Source: Lama guanicoe (Eukaryota). Taken from it: a stretch of DNA of 64,000 bases. The stretch covers positions 2,032,084-2,096,083 of the forward strand of contig MU056050.1 in assembly GCA_013239625.1 (NCBI GenBank). Reading direction: 5' to 3'. A program made the translations under genes and the position numbers. Shown piece after piece: positions 14,241-25,535 of the stretch. Each line of letters starts with the position of its first letter. Within the stretch, counting starts at the first letter, position 1. The notes below the pieces were generated by a model. That model saw nothing but the letters and a program-made list of their open reading frames with translations, had not been told where the DNA came from and ran no database searches.

Positions 14241-14932
14241 TACCCATGTCTTTTCCAAGAAAAGGCATCACTTCCCCAAACCACATGCCCTCTCTCAGAA
14301 ATGGTGCCAGACTCTTGGGTGATAGTGAGAGACTGCCCCTGGTCCTTTCTAACCTAAGCCACTGGTCATACGTGACTGACTTCTGCAAGCATTCCTACAA
14401 GTACTAAACATCGCTGTTTCCCTGTTCAAAGGGAGTAGCATGTGTGACCAAGAAACAGCTGTCCTCCTTTAACAAAGCTAATTGACTCTCCCAGGGGGTC
14501 AGATGCCCGTGGCTAAATCTCTCCTCCCTCTTTGCTCAGCCTCCCAGGCACAGAGATGCTTGAAGGCCAAGACCCCCTCTGAAGCATTCTAAGTAGACCC
14601 CGTAGCATCCAGCACAGTATTTGACACATAGCAGACACTCCAAATACTTGGTGAATGAATGTAAATCATGCTCCTACCATGTGCAATGACAAGAGTATGT
14701 TGTAAACATCTTAATTGTATTAGAATCTGGAAATTTTATCATCAGGTTAAACACCAAAAAAAGATGAAGTAAAACTTCAGAATTCTCCTCTTCCTCGATC
14801 ACTAACCAGTGACACTTGTAGTGTTACACACCTCACATCTGGCCTCACTAGCCAGAAGAACTCGAAGAAATCACCTCCCCTCTTTAAAAGCCTCAGATTG
14901 CCCATCTTTAAATTAACAATGGCGAGCCAAAT

Positions 14933-15108
14933 CAGTGGTTTTCATCTGTGACTTCACGCTAGAATCACCTGGGGAGCTTCAGAATTACTGATACTAAATC
15001 CTCTCCCCAGGGTTTCTGATTTAATTGATGTGGGTTAAGGCCTAAGCATCAGTATGTTTAAAAAGCTCACCAGTGAGTCTGATCTGTTTCCAGGATTGAG
15101 ACCTACTG
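14933..15108. mobile_element. MER5A hAT-Charlie MITE nested in a MIR3-like remnant
   Basis: Termini cagtggttttca...tgagacctactg; internal tagaatcacctggggagctt and tttctgatttaattg. Confidence 0.8.
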
Positions 15109-16329
15109 GGCAAGATGGCCGCTGAAGTCTCTTACTCTAAACATCGACATGCTGAATACAGCTGGGTCTCTCTAGCTATCAGGGCTGCGCTGACTTGTTC
15201 CCCACTTTCCTCTCTACCCTACACATCACAAGATGTATCTACTGAACTATTCCATAGCCTATCATCTTGCTTCACCCCATTTTGACTTAAAACTTTGTGT
15301 GTACTCTTGGGACTCCTCCGCACTGCTATTGAGATCAGCTCCTTAATGTTATATGGGTTATTCTGCCATCAAAGAAGTTAGTTCCCTGGTCCCGGGATGT
15401 ATCGCTAAAGCTCTAGCCAGCCTGCCCTGCTTCCAGGCTGGGAAAGCCCAAGCAAGCAAACATGAGCAGCCTGGAGGTGCTCTCCCCAATCTGGAAGGAA
15501 TCCATAAGCACAGTGCACAACTTTCCATTTCACTGGACTTTTTCATGGCACTGAGCCTGCCCATTCCATCCAGCCCTTTGTCAAGAATGTCCTTGACACT
15601 TATGGAATTGATTTGTTCTTCCTTTGCTTTAAATAATAAGCCAACAGTTACGCAGGAGTTTTATAAGGTATCGATTTAACATACAAACCACATAATGGCC
15701 TTTGAAGGCTACAGCAAGAACCAATGCCTCATCGGCCAGGAAAACCAATAGAGTAACATCCTAACATTTTCTTAACCTGTCAAAACATTCCTGAGCTCGG
15801 GGCTTGCTGAAGAGCAGACATACCAAGGATTTAGAAATGTCAAATTAAAATATTATGGGCTATTTTCAAAAAGGCATGAGCCTTTTTAACCACTAACATT
15901 CTATCACCAATGCTTTTCCAGAACATAGGGCATCTAAAGGAAGGCCTTCTCTCAGATGAACAGTGTGAACCCTATCCAGGGAACAGAGGGCCCCACAAGG
16001 TCACAAGACAGCTTTATTCTAGAAGCACTCCACTAGAAACTTTTGCCTGCTCTGTGTATAGACTGAGGCTGCAAATGTGTTAGGATAAGGGCAGAAGGAA
16101 ACATTGAGTACAAATCTGAATAAAAAATTCCCAAACTACCAGGATCCTAAAATACTGGGTTGAAAAAATTGGAATCTGGCATGGCCTTTTAGTGATACAC
16201 AGCTTATGTGCACAGGTGCTTTGTTGTTGACCTTTGGTCAAGTGGCCAGAAGTCCCTGGGATCGTTCTTCCTTCATTGCCAAATGCCTTGGAAGAGTAGG
16301 CATCTGTTTACCTTGTCTCTGCTTCTTCG

Positions 16330-17385
16330 TTTTCCATTCCTTCTTCAAGTTTGCCTCCTAGATTCACCAATCTGCTAAAACTGCTCTCACTGAGACATCA
16401 GTGATCCCCTACTGGCCAACTCCCGTGGGCAGCTCTCCAGCCTCATTCGGATCAACACCTTTATGTCCTTTACACTGTTGGCCATTCTTTCCTTCTTTGA
16501 CCTTTGTGACACAGTCTTTTTCCAGATTCTCCTCCTACTTCTCTACTTTTATTTCTACTTGCCTTCTTAGGCTCATCTTCCTGTTTCCATCCCTTAGGTG
16601 ATAGACATTTTTCCTGGCCCTTTTCTCTTCTCATTTTATAAATGTTCCCATTCTGTGACTTCTGTGACTCTCAAATCTTTATCTCTTGTCCCAGTCATTC
16701 TTCCAAACCCCAAACCCATAGCGTCAACCCTTTTGGACACCTTCACCAGGAAGTTCAGTCGACAGTCATCTCCACTCCCAGTCTGCTCTTCCTCTTCTAT
16801 TGTTTCAGTTGTTACTATAACTTTCTAATTGGTCTCCCCATCTCCAGTCTCTTTTTGCCTCTGCTCTATCCTCCTCATTGTCTCCAGACTTTTCTCTTGA
16901 AAACACACAGACATATCCAATATTGTCTGTTTAAAAACTTTTAGGATTCCCTTTACTTGTGGACTCAATCTAATACCCCATAATATTCAAAGTATCCAAT
17001 GATCTGGGCCTGTTTAACGTTTCTGGTTTTACTTCTGGCATTCCTACCACTCTCCAACACCTCAATCCCACCTACCCTATGCCCTACTGCTCCTTAAATA
17101 TGCTTTGCTAGCTCAAGTCTCTATGTCTGGGTTCATACTACATCCTCTAGCTGGAAGAATCTTCTCTCCTTCCATTTCCAACTCATATTTTAAAAATATC
17201 ACCTTGTCCAACTGTAATGTCATCTGTGTAAAACCTCCAGGCAGAACTAATTGTGGTCTTCTCCGAACTCTGAACTTGCTGCAGACCATGACTCTAGCAC
17301 TTGGGCGCACTGTTTTACAATTAGGTATGTGAGAGTTCTTTAAGGGCTGGGGTCCTACCTCAGCCTTCACGTTTAATACGTCAGA
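16330..17385 (+). mobile_element. L2 LINE 3' region, degraded
   Basis: Pyrimidine-rich; ctaattggtctccccatctccagtctc and tgatctgggcctg motifs; tail resumes at ~17605-17665 (gtgcctggcatac...ctcaataagt). Confidence 0.65.
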
Positions 17386-17600
17386 TGCTGGAATCATATG
17401 GACCTGGATTGGAGCATCAGCTCTGGTACTTACTTGGTGATCTTGGACAAGTTAACTAATGTCTCTAAGTTTCCGTGTTCTCATCTGCAAAACTGAGGTA
17501 GTGATAGTGTTTCAGGAAGAATAAATGAGATAATGCATATTAAGCCCTTATAATACCTGACATAGAGTAAGCCCTCAATAACTGTTAGCTCTTACTGTTT
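17385..17600 (+). mobile_element. MIR SINE inserted near the L2 3' end
   Basis: gacctggattggagcatcagctctggtacttac...tcatctgcaaaactgagg...gtaagccctcaataactgttagct. Confidence 0.75.
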
Positions 17601-19186
17601 GGGGGCTGTGCCTGGCATACGATCTTGCAGAAAGCAAGTACTCAATAAGTGACTACTGAATAAATTAATCAGAGCATGGAAGACATAAGAACATTTCCTA
17701 AATGGACAGTTTCTTCCTTTGTTGGATCTTGGGATTTCTGTCCGAGGCAAAAAAAAAAATTGGATTATATAATGAATTTCTCTCTCTGTAGTCAGATCAT
17801 TACAGTAGCAATCGGGGAAACCAAAAGCTTTGTAGGTACATTTTATCTTTTGAACCAGAACCTATTACATCTTTATTCCCAGCAAATACAAATTTTGAAG
17901 TGGCATTTCAAACTTCTTTTCCCAGATAAATCCAAAGACTTCTTTTTCTACTTTAACATTTGACAAATAGGATGATTCAATTAATGTGATAATTATTTAA
18001 TACAGCAAGCAATAACTTTTAAGATGTAATGGTAATTGAGCCCAGCATGCTTGAAAATACTATTCTCTGAGTCAGGTTCAGCAACATATCTTGAAGTTGG
18101 GACCATAGAGGTTTAATTCATTCCAAACTCCTCTACCAATAAAAATTCAAATTAATGCAATCTCTGATTCTTGCCCCCTTTCACCTATAATCCATCTTAA
18201 TCTCTTGACCTCTGCTTTAGTCATGAAATCCTAACAGATTACCTTTCATTTTCAACCCAGAATAATCTGTTTAATATCCCTTGATAAAGAATATCCTTCA
18301 AAAATTCCAAATTCTGGCATGTTTTCAAGGAAGCCCTATTCTTTGGGGAACAACAAACACTATATACTGTTTCCCTTTACTTGGTCCTAGAAAAGGTTCA
18401 GAGGTAAACACTTACATCAGGTCTATTGTAAATGAGTAACATTTGGATAATGTCATTATGATTATGACAAAGACAATATAAGAACAGCACAGGAACTTTG
18501 GAAAATGAGGGTAAAGGTTCACCCAAAACTCCACTATTCACATACAACTAGAATTATTTTTGTATATATATATTTTATTTTTTCCATTATTTTTCACTTT
18601 CCTGAATTTTTTCAAAGCTTGCGTCCCAAGCATCCCAGGTATACTAAAGAGATTTTAAGAGCTTCAGAAAAACTATGATTCTAATTCTACGACTGCCTAG
18701 AAGGTTTCCCCCATGGCTTCAGTTTTTCAGAGAAATACACTCTGTGAGTACAGATGGCATAATGTCCCAAATCTACAAAAGATTTATCTCTGTGCACACA
18801 AACCACCAATCCCAAAATAAGGTTTTGGGGATCAGCTAATGAGCTGATCGTTGGTGTCTCTCTGATGACCAACTATGCCCGTTGCTAACTCAGACAAAGG
18901 CTGGGACTAGCCCTTTTATTTCAATTTGAAAGAGAAATGGGATGAGGAGAGAAGACGATTCCCTAATGACAATGACTTCAATCTTCATGATATTAAAAAA
19001 TAAAAATTAAAAGGCAGAGAATAGTGAAAAATTCCATTCCAATCCGAAAAGAATAATAAAATATGCAAATAGGCATTCTTGTGTGCTGCTAATCATTGAT
19101 CATCCATTAAAACAGAAAAAAGCTGATGCTTTGGGGTGTATTAAATGATATGGATCTGCAACTTTTAGCTTCCTGTTCCTCCCTCT

Positions 19187-19202
19187 CACATGTGCGCGCG
19201 TG

Positions 19203-19244
<42 letters not shown>
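19187..19244. repeat. (CG)n-(CA)n compound microsatellite
   Basis: cacatgtgcgcgcgtgcgcgcg followed by a long (CA) run. Confidence 0.95.
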
Positions 19245-19246
<2 letters not shown>

Positions 19247-19339
19247 TTGTTTTAGATTACGTTTGTTTGTTCATGAAAACCTGATGTTGGAATTAGTGAA
19301 AGCCTAGGTTTAGGGCCTTCTTCCCTTTGTATCTCCAAC

Positions 19340-19700
19340 TGAGCTGTCTTCATTAACTCTTCCACACCTCCCGAAACCCACCCAAATTCCGCCTCCTCTG
19401 AAGCCTTTTCCCCATTTGTCTAGGCTACATGTTTTCATGCTGGATCTCATATTTCATGTTTTCTTGAATCATTTAATGTGTTTAAGACTTGCCTCCTTAA
19501 CTAGATCATGAGTTATGTGACAGTTCATACCTAGTACTTCCTTTCTACCTGCTGTGGTCCTTGCCATGCAGATTGAACCCCTGCCTGGCTCACCTTTGTC
19601 TCCCCAGCACTTATTGCAATAACTGATAGTGGAGATGCTCGATAAAGTAGACACTGAATGAAGAAATAAATGAACAGATTCATGAATGAAGAAATGAACA
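19340..19700 (+). mobile_element. L2 3' end remnant
   Basis: ctttgtctccccagcac...gctcgataaagtagacactgaatgaagaaataaatgaa tail. Confidence 0.55.
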
Positions 19701-21369
19701 GACAGCACCCAAGAAATGTTACCTAGCTGATTAATGGATCTCAGAGCACCTGCCAGCAAGAAGGATGGCCTTAAAGCATTTAGTCAGTCAACAATTACTT
19801 ATTGAGCACCTATGATCTCGCAGACACAGATATTCTGGGGAAACAAGAGAAAGTAGGCCTCAAACTGGAAATCAGCTGTGTATAAGTCACAAAATGGAAC
19901 ACAACTGCCCAATCGCCAGACTTTTTGTCATTGTTGTCCATGTGCAGCATGGTCAGTTTTTTTCTCTGCTACATGAGGTGAACTAATTTGGGAGGCAGAC
20001 TATTGCTGCCTTTTGCATTCTATTCTTGTCTTGAGTTGGATGGTTCAAGTATTGGAATGTGCGGTGGCTTCTTCCTTGCTCTATCATCCTCCCTTTCAGC
20101 CAATGGGAACATAAGTTGGAGAAACATTTTGGGTTCCAGAGAAGTGGCTGAAGCCAACTGGCCGATGACTAACAGGTACAGATATAGGATGTGCGGGAGG
20201 AGTTGCAGTCACGGCCTTCTACTTTCCCTGTTAAGCCTTTGCTTCCATTGTAGAGACTGGAGCCTTTCGGCTTCTCCTGCTGTCCCTCTGGCACCACTTA
20301 GGAAAAATTTACTCCAATAACAATAACAGAGCACAAAAAAGAAGAATGGAAATTGTCATAATAGCATGGGCTTGTTGCCCTAACATTGCCAGCCTTTCAG
20401 CAGTCAACCCCATGGAGCTGCCCTGTGCTTGTCAATGAGGGGATAAAAAAGGACATGCAGGAAACATTTTATGGGGCCATTTCAGCTGTTCGTTTTAAAT
20501 ATACCCTCCATCAAATATAGTGAGCTGGGACTTGGAGCTCACAGACAGCTGGGTTGCTTGAAAAGGGAAAGGACATTACAGTAAATTGTATTATTGTACA
20601 TTTGAGTTCTAGGGTGTCTGGGAGGGCCTCGAAGGGCCAAGGGAGCATTTCCAACCAGTAGCTTGAAACACCACTGTGCTAGGGTAGTGTCCCAGGCTAG
20701 CTAATGGGTCCAGTGACTTTGGTGGTTGGGAATTTGGTTAGGGGCTAGTATGGACAATGTTTTAGAGTAGAAGCACTTGGCAGGTGAGCCAAAAATGAAT
20801 TTTTTTATGGGGAGATTTAATAACACCACTGAGTTCACTGCCTGGCCTTGGTGATGCCTTCTGGTATTAAGGCTCCATTCAAAAGCAGATGTCTGAATCT
20901 GAGGTTTTATGGCAGTGCCTCACCATGTCCAACATCGTTTACTTTCACTCCCACCCCTCAGCACTTAGGCAAGCACATGTAAAATAGATCCAGTCCAAGT
21001 GCACAAATCAGGCAATTGTTCTCGCAGGGCTGGGGAAGGAGGGAACGCTCCTTTTGACTGCCAGAGACCTGGGAAAATCAGGATGTCGCTGATGGAAGGA
21101 AGTTAGGGTTGCCAGAGAAGGAGGACCGTTCAACACAGAGGTCAGCAAAGCAGTTGGTTTGATTATATAACACGTGTTATGAATTGGGGCACACGCTTTA
21201 TTGAAGCCTGATCACCACAGGCAACATACTTGCTTAATTCAAGAGGAAGAGCGCCTCACTGAGGGTGAAATGCTGGAAACTGTATATTCAGGCAGTCAAC
21301 CCACTAGGACCTTGCCCATCTCCATGCTGGGTAGTGAAAATTAGCAGTGGAAAAATCTGAGAGCCGAAA

Positions 21370-21510
21370 GATTCCTTAGAGATTAGAGATGGGCCTCTCC
21401 TCTTTGCAGATGGAGAAACTGAGGCCCAGGGGTGAACCTAAGGTTGCATTGCTAGGACTACAACTCAGGTCCTCTGATGCCCCAAATGGATGCACTTTGT
21501 ATTATACCAT
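21370..21510 (-). mobile_element. MIR/MIR3 remnant
   Basis: tttgcagatggagaaactgaggcccagg. Confidence 0.65.
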
Positions 21511-23544
21511 CCTTCCTCTCACTCTTATAATTCATTCATTGTGATGACCCTGAAACTGTAGAAGATTCTGAGGTAACTTCTGAATTATTAGAGAAAATCA
21601 TAATCTGTTCCTTCAATGCCTGGTGTGCCATGAATTCCATTGCATTTACTTTTCTGCACTTTTGTATCTATAAGAACTCAACAACTTTGAATTCATCTGA
21701 ATAACCTATTCCCTAACCCTGCCAGATTGCATCTTGTGTTAGAAACTGAAATATGCTCATTCCCTCATCATCCATCTCCTGGCTTTTTTCAGGGATCCAC
21801 ATCTCCACCCAAAAACTAGAGAAAGGAAACTGGGAGTAAAGGACAGAGGCCAGCTTTCAGAGCAAGGTGTTTGGAACTATATTTCCTCTTTCTGTTTCCT
21901 CTGTAGCACGCAGCACAGTATGTGGCACACAGTAATTTCCATAACTGCTGATTGGTTGGTCACAGCGGTCCCCAGTCTATGACTCTCTACTGGAGACAGA
22001 AGAGAAGGCCATGGGATTAGTAAAATGAGTCATTACAGCTGAACAGAAAGATCATCTATTTTGTACTTAAATGGGCCCGACAATTGAGATAACCTTTGTA
22101 GGGGTCTAGCATGGTGTCTGGCAAATAGTGAGTACAAACAGTACTCAATATGACTATTATTATAAGCAGAAATATGTGCCATAGGACTGAAGCTTCCCAG
22201 GGGGTCTCAATCGGTAATCAGATGCTGAGAGGGAAGGAGGGATGCTAACATGCAGGAGTCTTTGCTAAATGCATGAAGTTGGTGGGGATTAGGGAAAAAA
22301 ACGGAAGAATTCCCAGTTCGTATGCTCAAGGACATCTTATCAACATGTTCACCTGAGGTGCTCAAGTTTTCTGAAGACCCAACGCAAGGTCTCTCTCAGC
22401 AGCAGGGAGTAGTCCCAGATGGTTTGCGGCACCCCACGGGACTTGTGGCGCCGCGCCCAATCGGGGGTGGCTAGTGTCCTCAGGCTGGACATGAGCTACT
22501 TGAGGGATGCTTCTTGTGCTGCTCTCCTAATCTGAAGAGCACTCCATGTTCTACAGTTTTCTTAATTCACTCCTATAGTACTAGTTAAAACGAACCCATC
22601 CTTGTCCTATGGCCGCAGGACGCTGGCATTAGCTAATACAAAAGCTAATTCATTCTGCGGTGTTAATGATCACTTATCCTCATTTATCCCAGCTGATCGT
22701 GATGTAATACGTTCATTTTAATGAACCCTGCCATGCCAACCTAAAGCAACTTGGTAGAAGTTTCTGGCACCTGAGTAAGCTGGTAGGGGGAGTGACTCAG
22801 GGGCATAGAGGAGCATATTTCAGTCTTCAAACCATACCATGTAGGCAGCTCTGCTTCAGATCAGTCTGGAAAGTCAACTGGGTACAAATGATCAAAATAA
22901 CAAAAATAGGGGCAATTGCCTACTCAACCTATGTGTAGGTCCTACCAGCTGTCACCTTATCTAATTCTGTAAACACTTTTGAACACCTCTGAATCTGGCA
23001 CTGTGCTGACTGCTGTGGATACAAGGATGGCTATGACACATCTTCAGGCTCCTAGATCTGCGGTCCAGCTGGGGCCCCTGACAAAACTTAGAGCTGTTCA
23101 TTTGATTGACAGAGAAAATAAAACAGCAGAAAAAGCCCGGCAGCTGTTTGCTTATAACCATTTACCATCAAAGACTGCCCTCACTAGTATAAATACTTCC
23201 TTTTGTTTCTAACACAAAGATGAAGATCTCCATGTGAAAGCATCTAATCTTAGAGGTGAAACTAAACAAAGAGCAATTGATCAGAGAAGTGAGGTCTGCA
23301 GTGGGCAAATTGCTAGTCTTTTCCCAAACAAACCAACATTGTCCCCACTACAAGTCCTTTGAGGAGGAATCCACTAATTAAACCTGCTTTTACCATGACA
23401 ATTCAAAGCATTAGCACACTGGAGATCCCTGGAAATAAGAGGCAGCAAATTCCAGGTGGTTTAACTGGAATATTCCCCCCACACACACACAACCCCTGCT
23501 GGTAAGAATCAAAATCCTGACTTCAATGGAATGGTAAACTATTC

Positions 23545-24070
23545 AAAGTAGAAAGAACCTTAGAGATCACCGAATCCTCATATTTTCAGGTGAGGAGACT
23601 AAGGCTCAAAGAAACCAGGAGACATACCTACACCTGCACATCCAGAAAATGGCAGGGCTGGGCCCAGAATCCAGAGCTCTTGAATGCTACTCACTCCTTC
23701 ACCTAGTCAGCTAGTCAGTCAACGAAGTTTATTGATCACCTACTATGTGCTAGGCATTATGCTAAGTTTAGAGGGGTGGGGGCTATACAAGTGACTTCTA
23801 TCCCTGTCCTTACAAAGCTTGGGGAGACATTTAACAAATGACTTATTAATTATTTATGAATATGATCCATGCTGTGAAGGATAAGTACAGGATGCTATGT
23901 GAGTGATCCAGCCTTGTTGAGGGAGTAAAAGTCTCCCTGGGGAAATCGTGGTTTAAGCTAAGAAATAGAAGACGAGAGTGAGTCCATCAGTGAGGTAAAA
24001 ATTGTCCATGTGGTTGGCGGGTGGAGATGTGAGGGGAGAGAACATTCTAGACAGCATATGGAAAAGTGCA
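23545..24070 (-). mobile_element. MIR3 remnant followed by L2 3' end
   Basis: gaaagaaccttagagatcacc...ttttcaggtgaggagactaaggctc; then tttattgatcacctactatgtgctaggcattatgctaag. Confidence 0.65.
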
Positions 24071-24739
24071 GTTAGCCCAAAGCTTTCCTAGCTCCCCCAT
24101 GCTGCCTCTCTAAGAGTCTAGACATCCTGACTTATTTTTATAAAGCAACAGAATCTCCACTCTATTTTACTTCATCAGAAATATGAGTATAGTGGAGAGA
24201 AAGCCATCGGAGCCATCTGGACCTCTGAAAATAATTATTAAATCACTACTTTGATTAAACAATTATTTTTACTTACTGATGCCACACACCAAGGCCGATA
24301 ATCAGTGTTTCAAGCTTCTGAAAAGGTCACATCCCCATCTTTTTGCATGGCACCTGAAAATTAAAAAAAAAAACCCTATGTTCAAAGAGTAGATTTTAAG
24401 TGATGCTCATTGAAAACAAGTCCACAGTTTGATGTAGAAATGAGGACTGGTGGCATTTTCACATATGGATGCAGAAAGAGATCTACATAGCAATATGTCA
24501 GCAGACAGAACCCAGATCTTAACCCCTTCCAGCTCTCACTGGAAGTGCCCTGTCCACAAGAGCAAGCAGCTAAAACTATGCAGCAGGTGCTAACCTCTCA
24601 AGGGGTTTGGAATCCTACATCCCAGATGTGGAAGGACAATACCGATGCTCTCAGAGGTCCCAGTTTCTGCCATGTCACCTTGAATGTGTCCGCAATCAAG
24701 CCCCACCCCAACCCAGCCAATTTCAACTCAGGTTAAAAT

Positions 24740-25075
24740 TAATATTAATATTAATATTCCACTATGCCCAGCCATACGCAGCACAATAATCAAAGCTACT
24801 GTTTCAGGCACTATATGTTTTATATGCATGATATCATTGAATCCTCCCAGCAGCCTTTTGACCTGGGCTCCATTCTTGCTATTTCGCAGGTGAGCAATCT
24901 GAGTCCCTGAGAAGCTGACCGATTTGGCCAAGGTCACACAGATAGCAAATCTCCCCCCACAAGAATATCACCACCACTGGGGAATGGATTTGTGTCCACC
25001 GTGCTCACTGCCATATCCCCAGCATCAAGAACAGTGATGGCTATAGAACGAGCGCTCAGAAAATACTTGGTGGAG
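24740..25075. mobile_element. MIR (-) abutting an L2 3' tail (+)
   Basis: tttggccaaggtcacacagatagcaa (MIR); tgctcactgccatatccccagcatcaagaacagtg...aaatacttgg (L2). Confidence 0.65.
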
Positions 25076-25369
25076 TCAGACCCCAACCAAAGCAGTCTTC
25101 TTCTAGATTCTACTTACCCACTGAACACACTGCTTCCAAGAACTCTGTCCTTTCAGTCTTTATCCATCTGAGTCCTCACCGTCCCTTATCTGGAAACAAC
25201 AGTGTGCTCCTAACTGCTCGTCTTCACTGCCATTCCTGGGTTTCCCAAGTTTTGTAACTCTTCCTCCCATAACATTTAAGCTAAGGGACACCCCTTATGA
25301 ACAGCCTTCTGGATGTCATAGGTCCCTGGCTTAGTCACCATGATGGCATTTAAGATAGTTCCATGTTTA

Positions 25370-25535
25370 CCTCCTAGCTTTGACATATTCTACTGTGTGA
25401 TACTGGTCAAGTTATGGTACTTCTCTGAACCTCAGTTTCTTTTATCTGTGAAATGGGGAATCACTTGGGAAATTGCTTACCTTCTCTGAACCCCAGTTTC
25501 TTGTTTATCTCCCAGGTCTCTTCTAGCTCTCAAGG
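25370..25535 (+). mobile_element. MIR3-like remnant with a duplicated core
   Basis: cttctctgaacctcagtttcttttatct and cttctctgaaccccagtttcttgtttatct about 60 nt apart. Confidence 0.65.
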
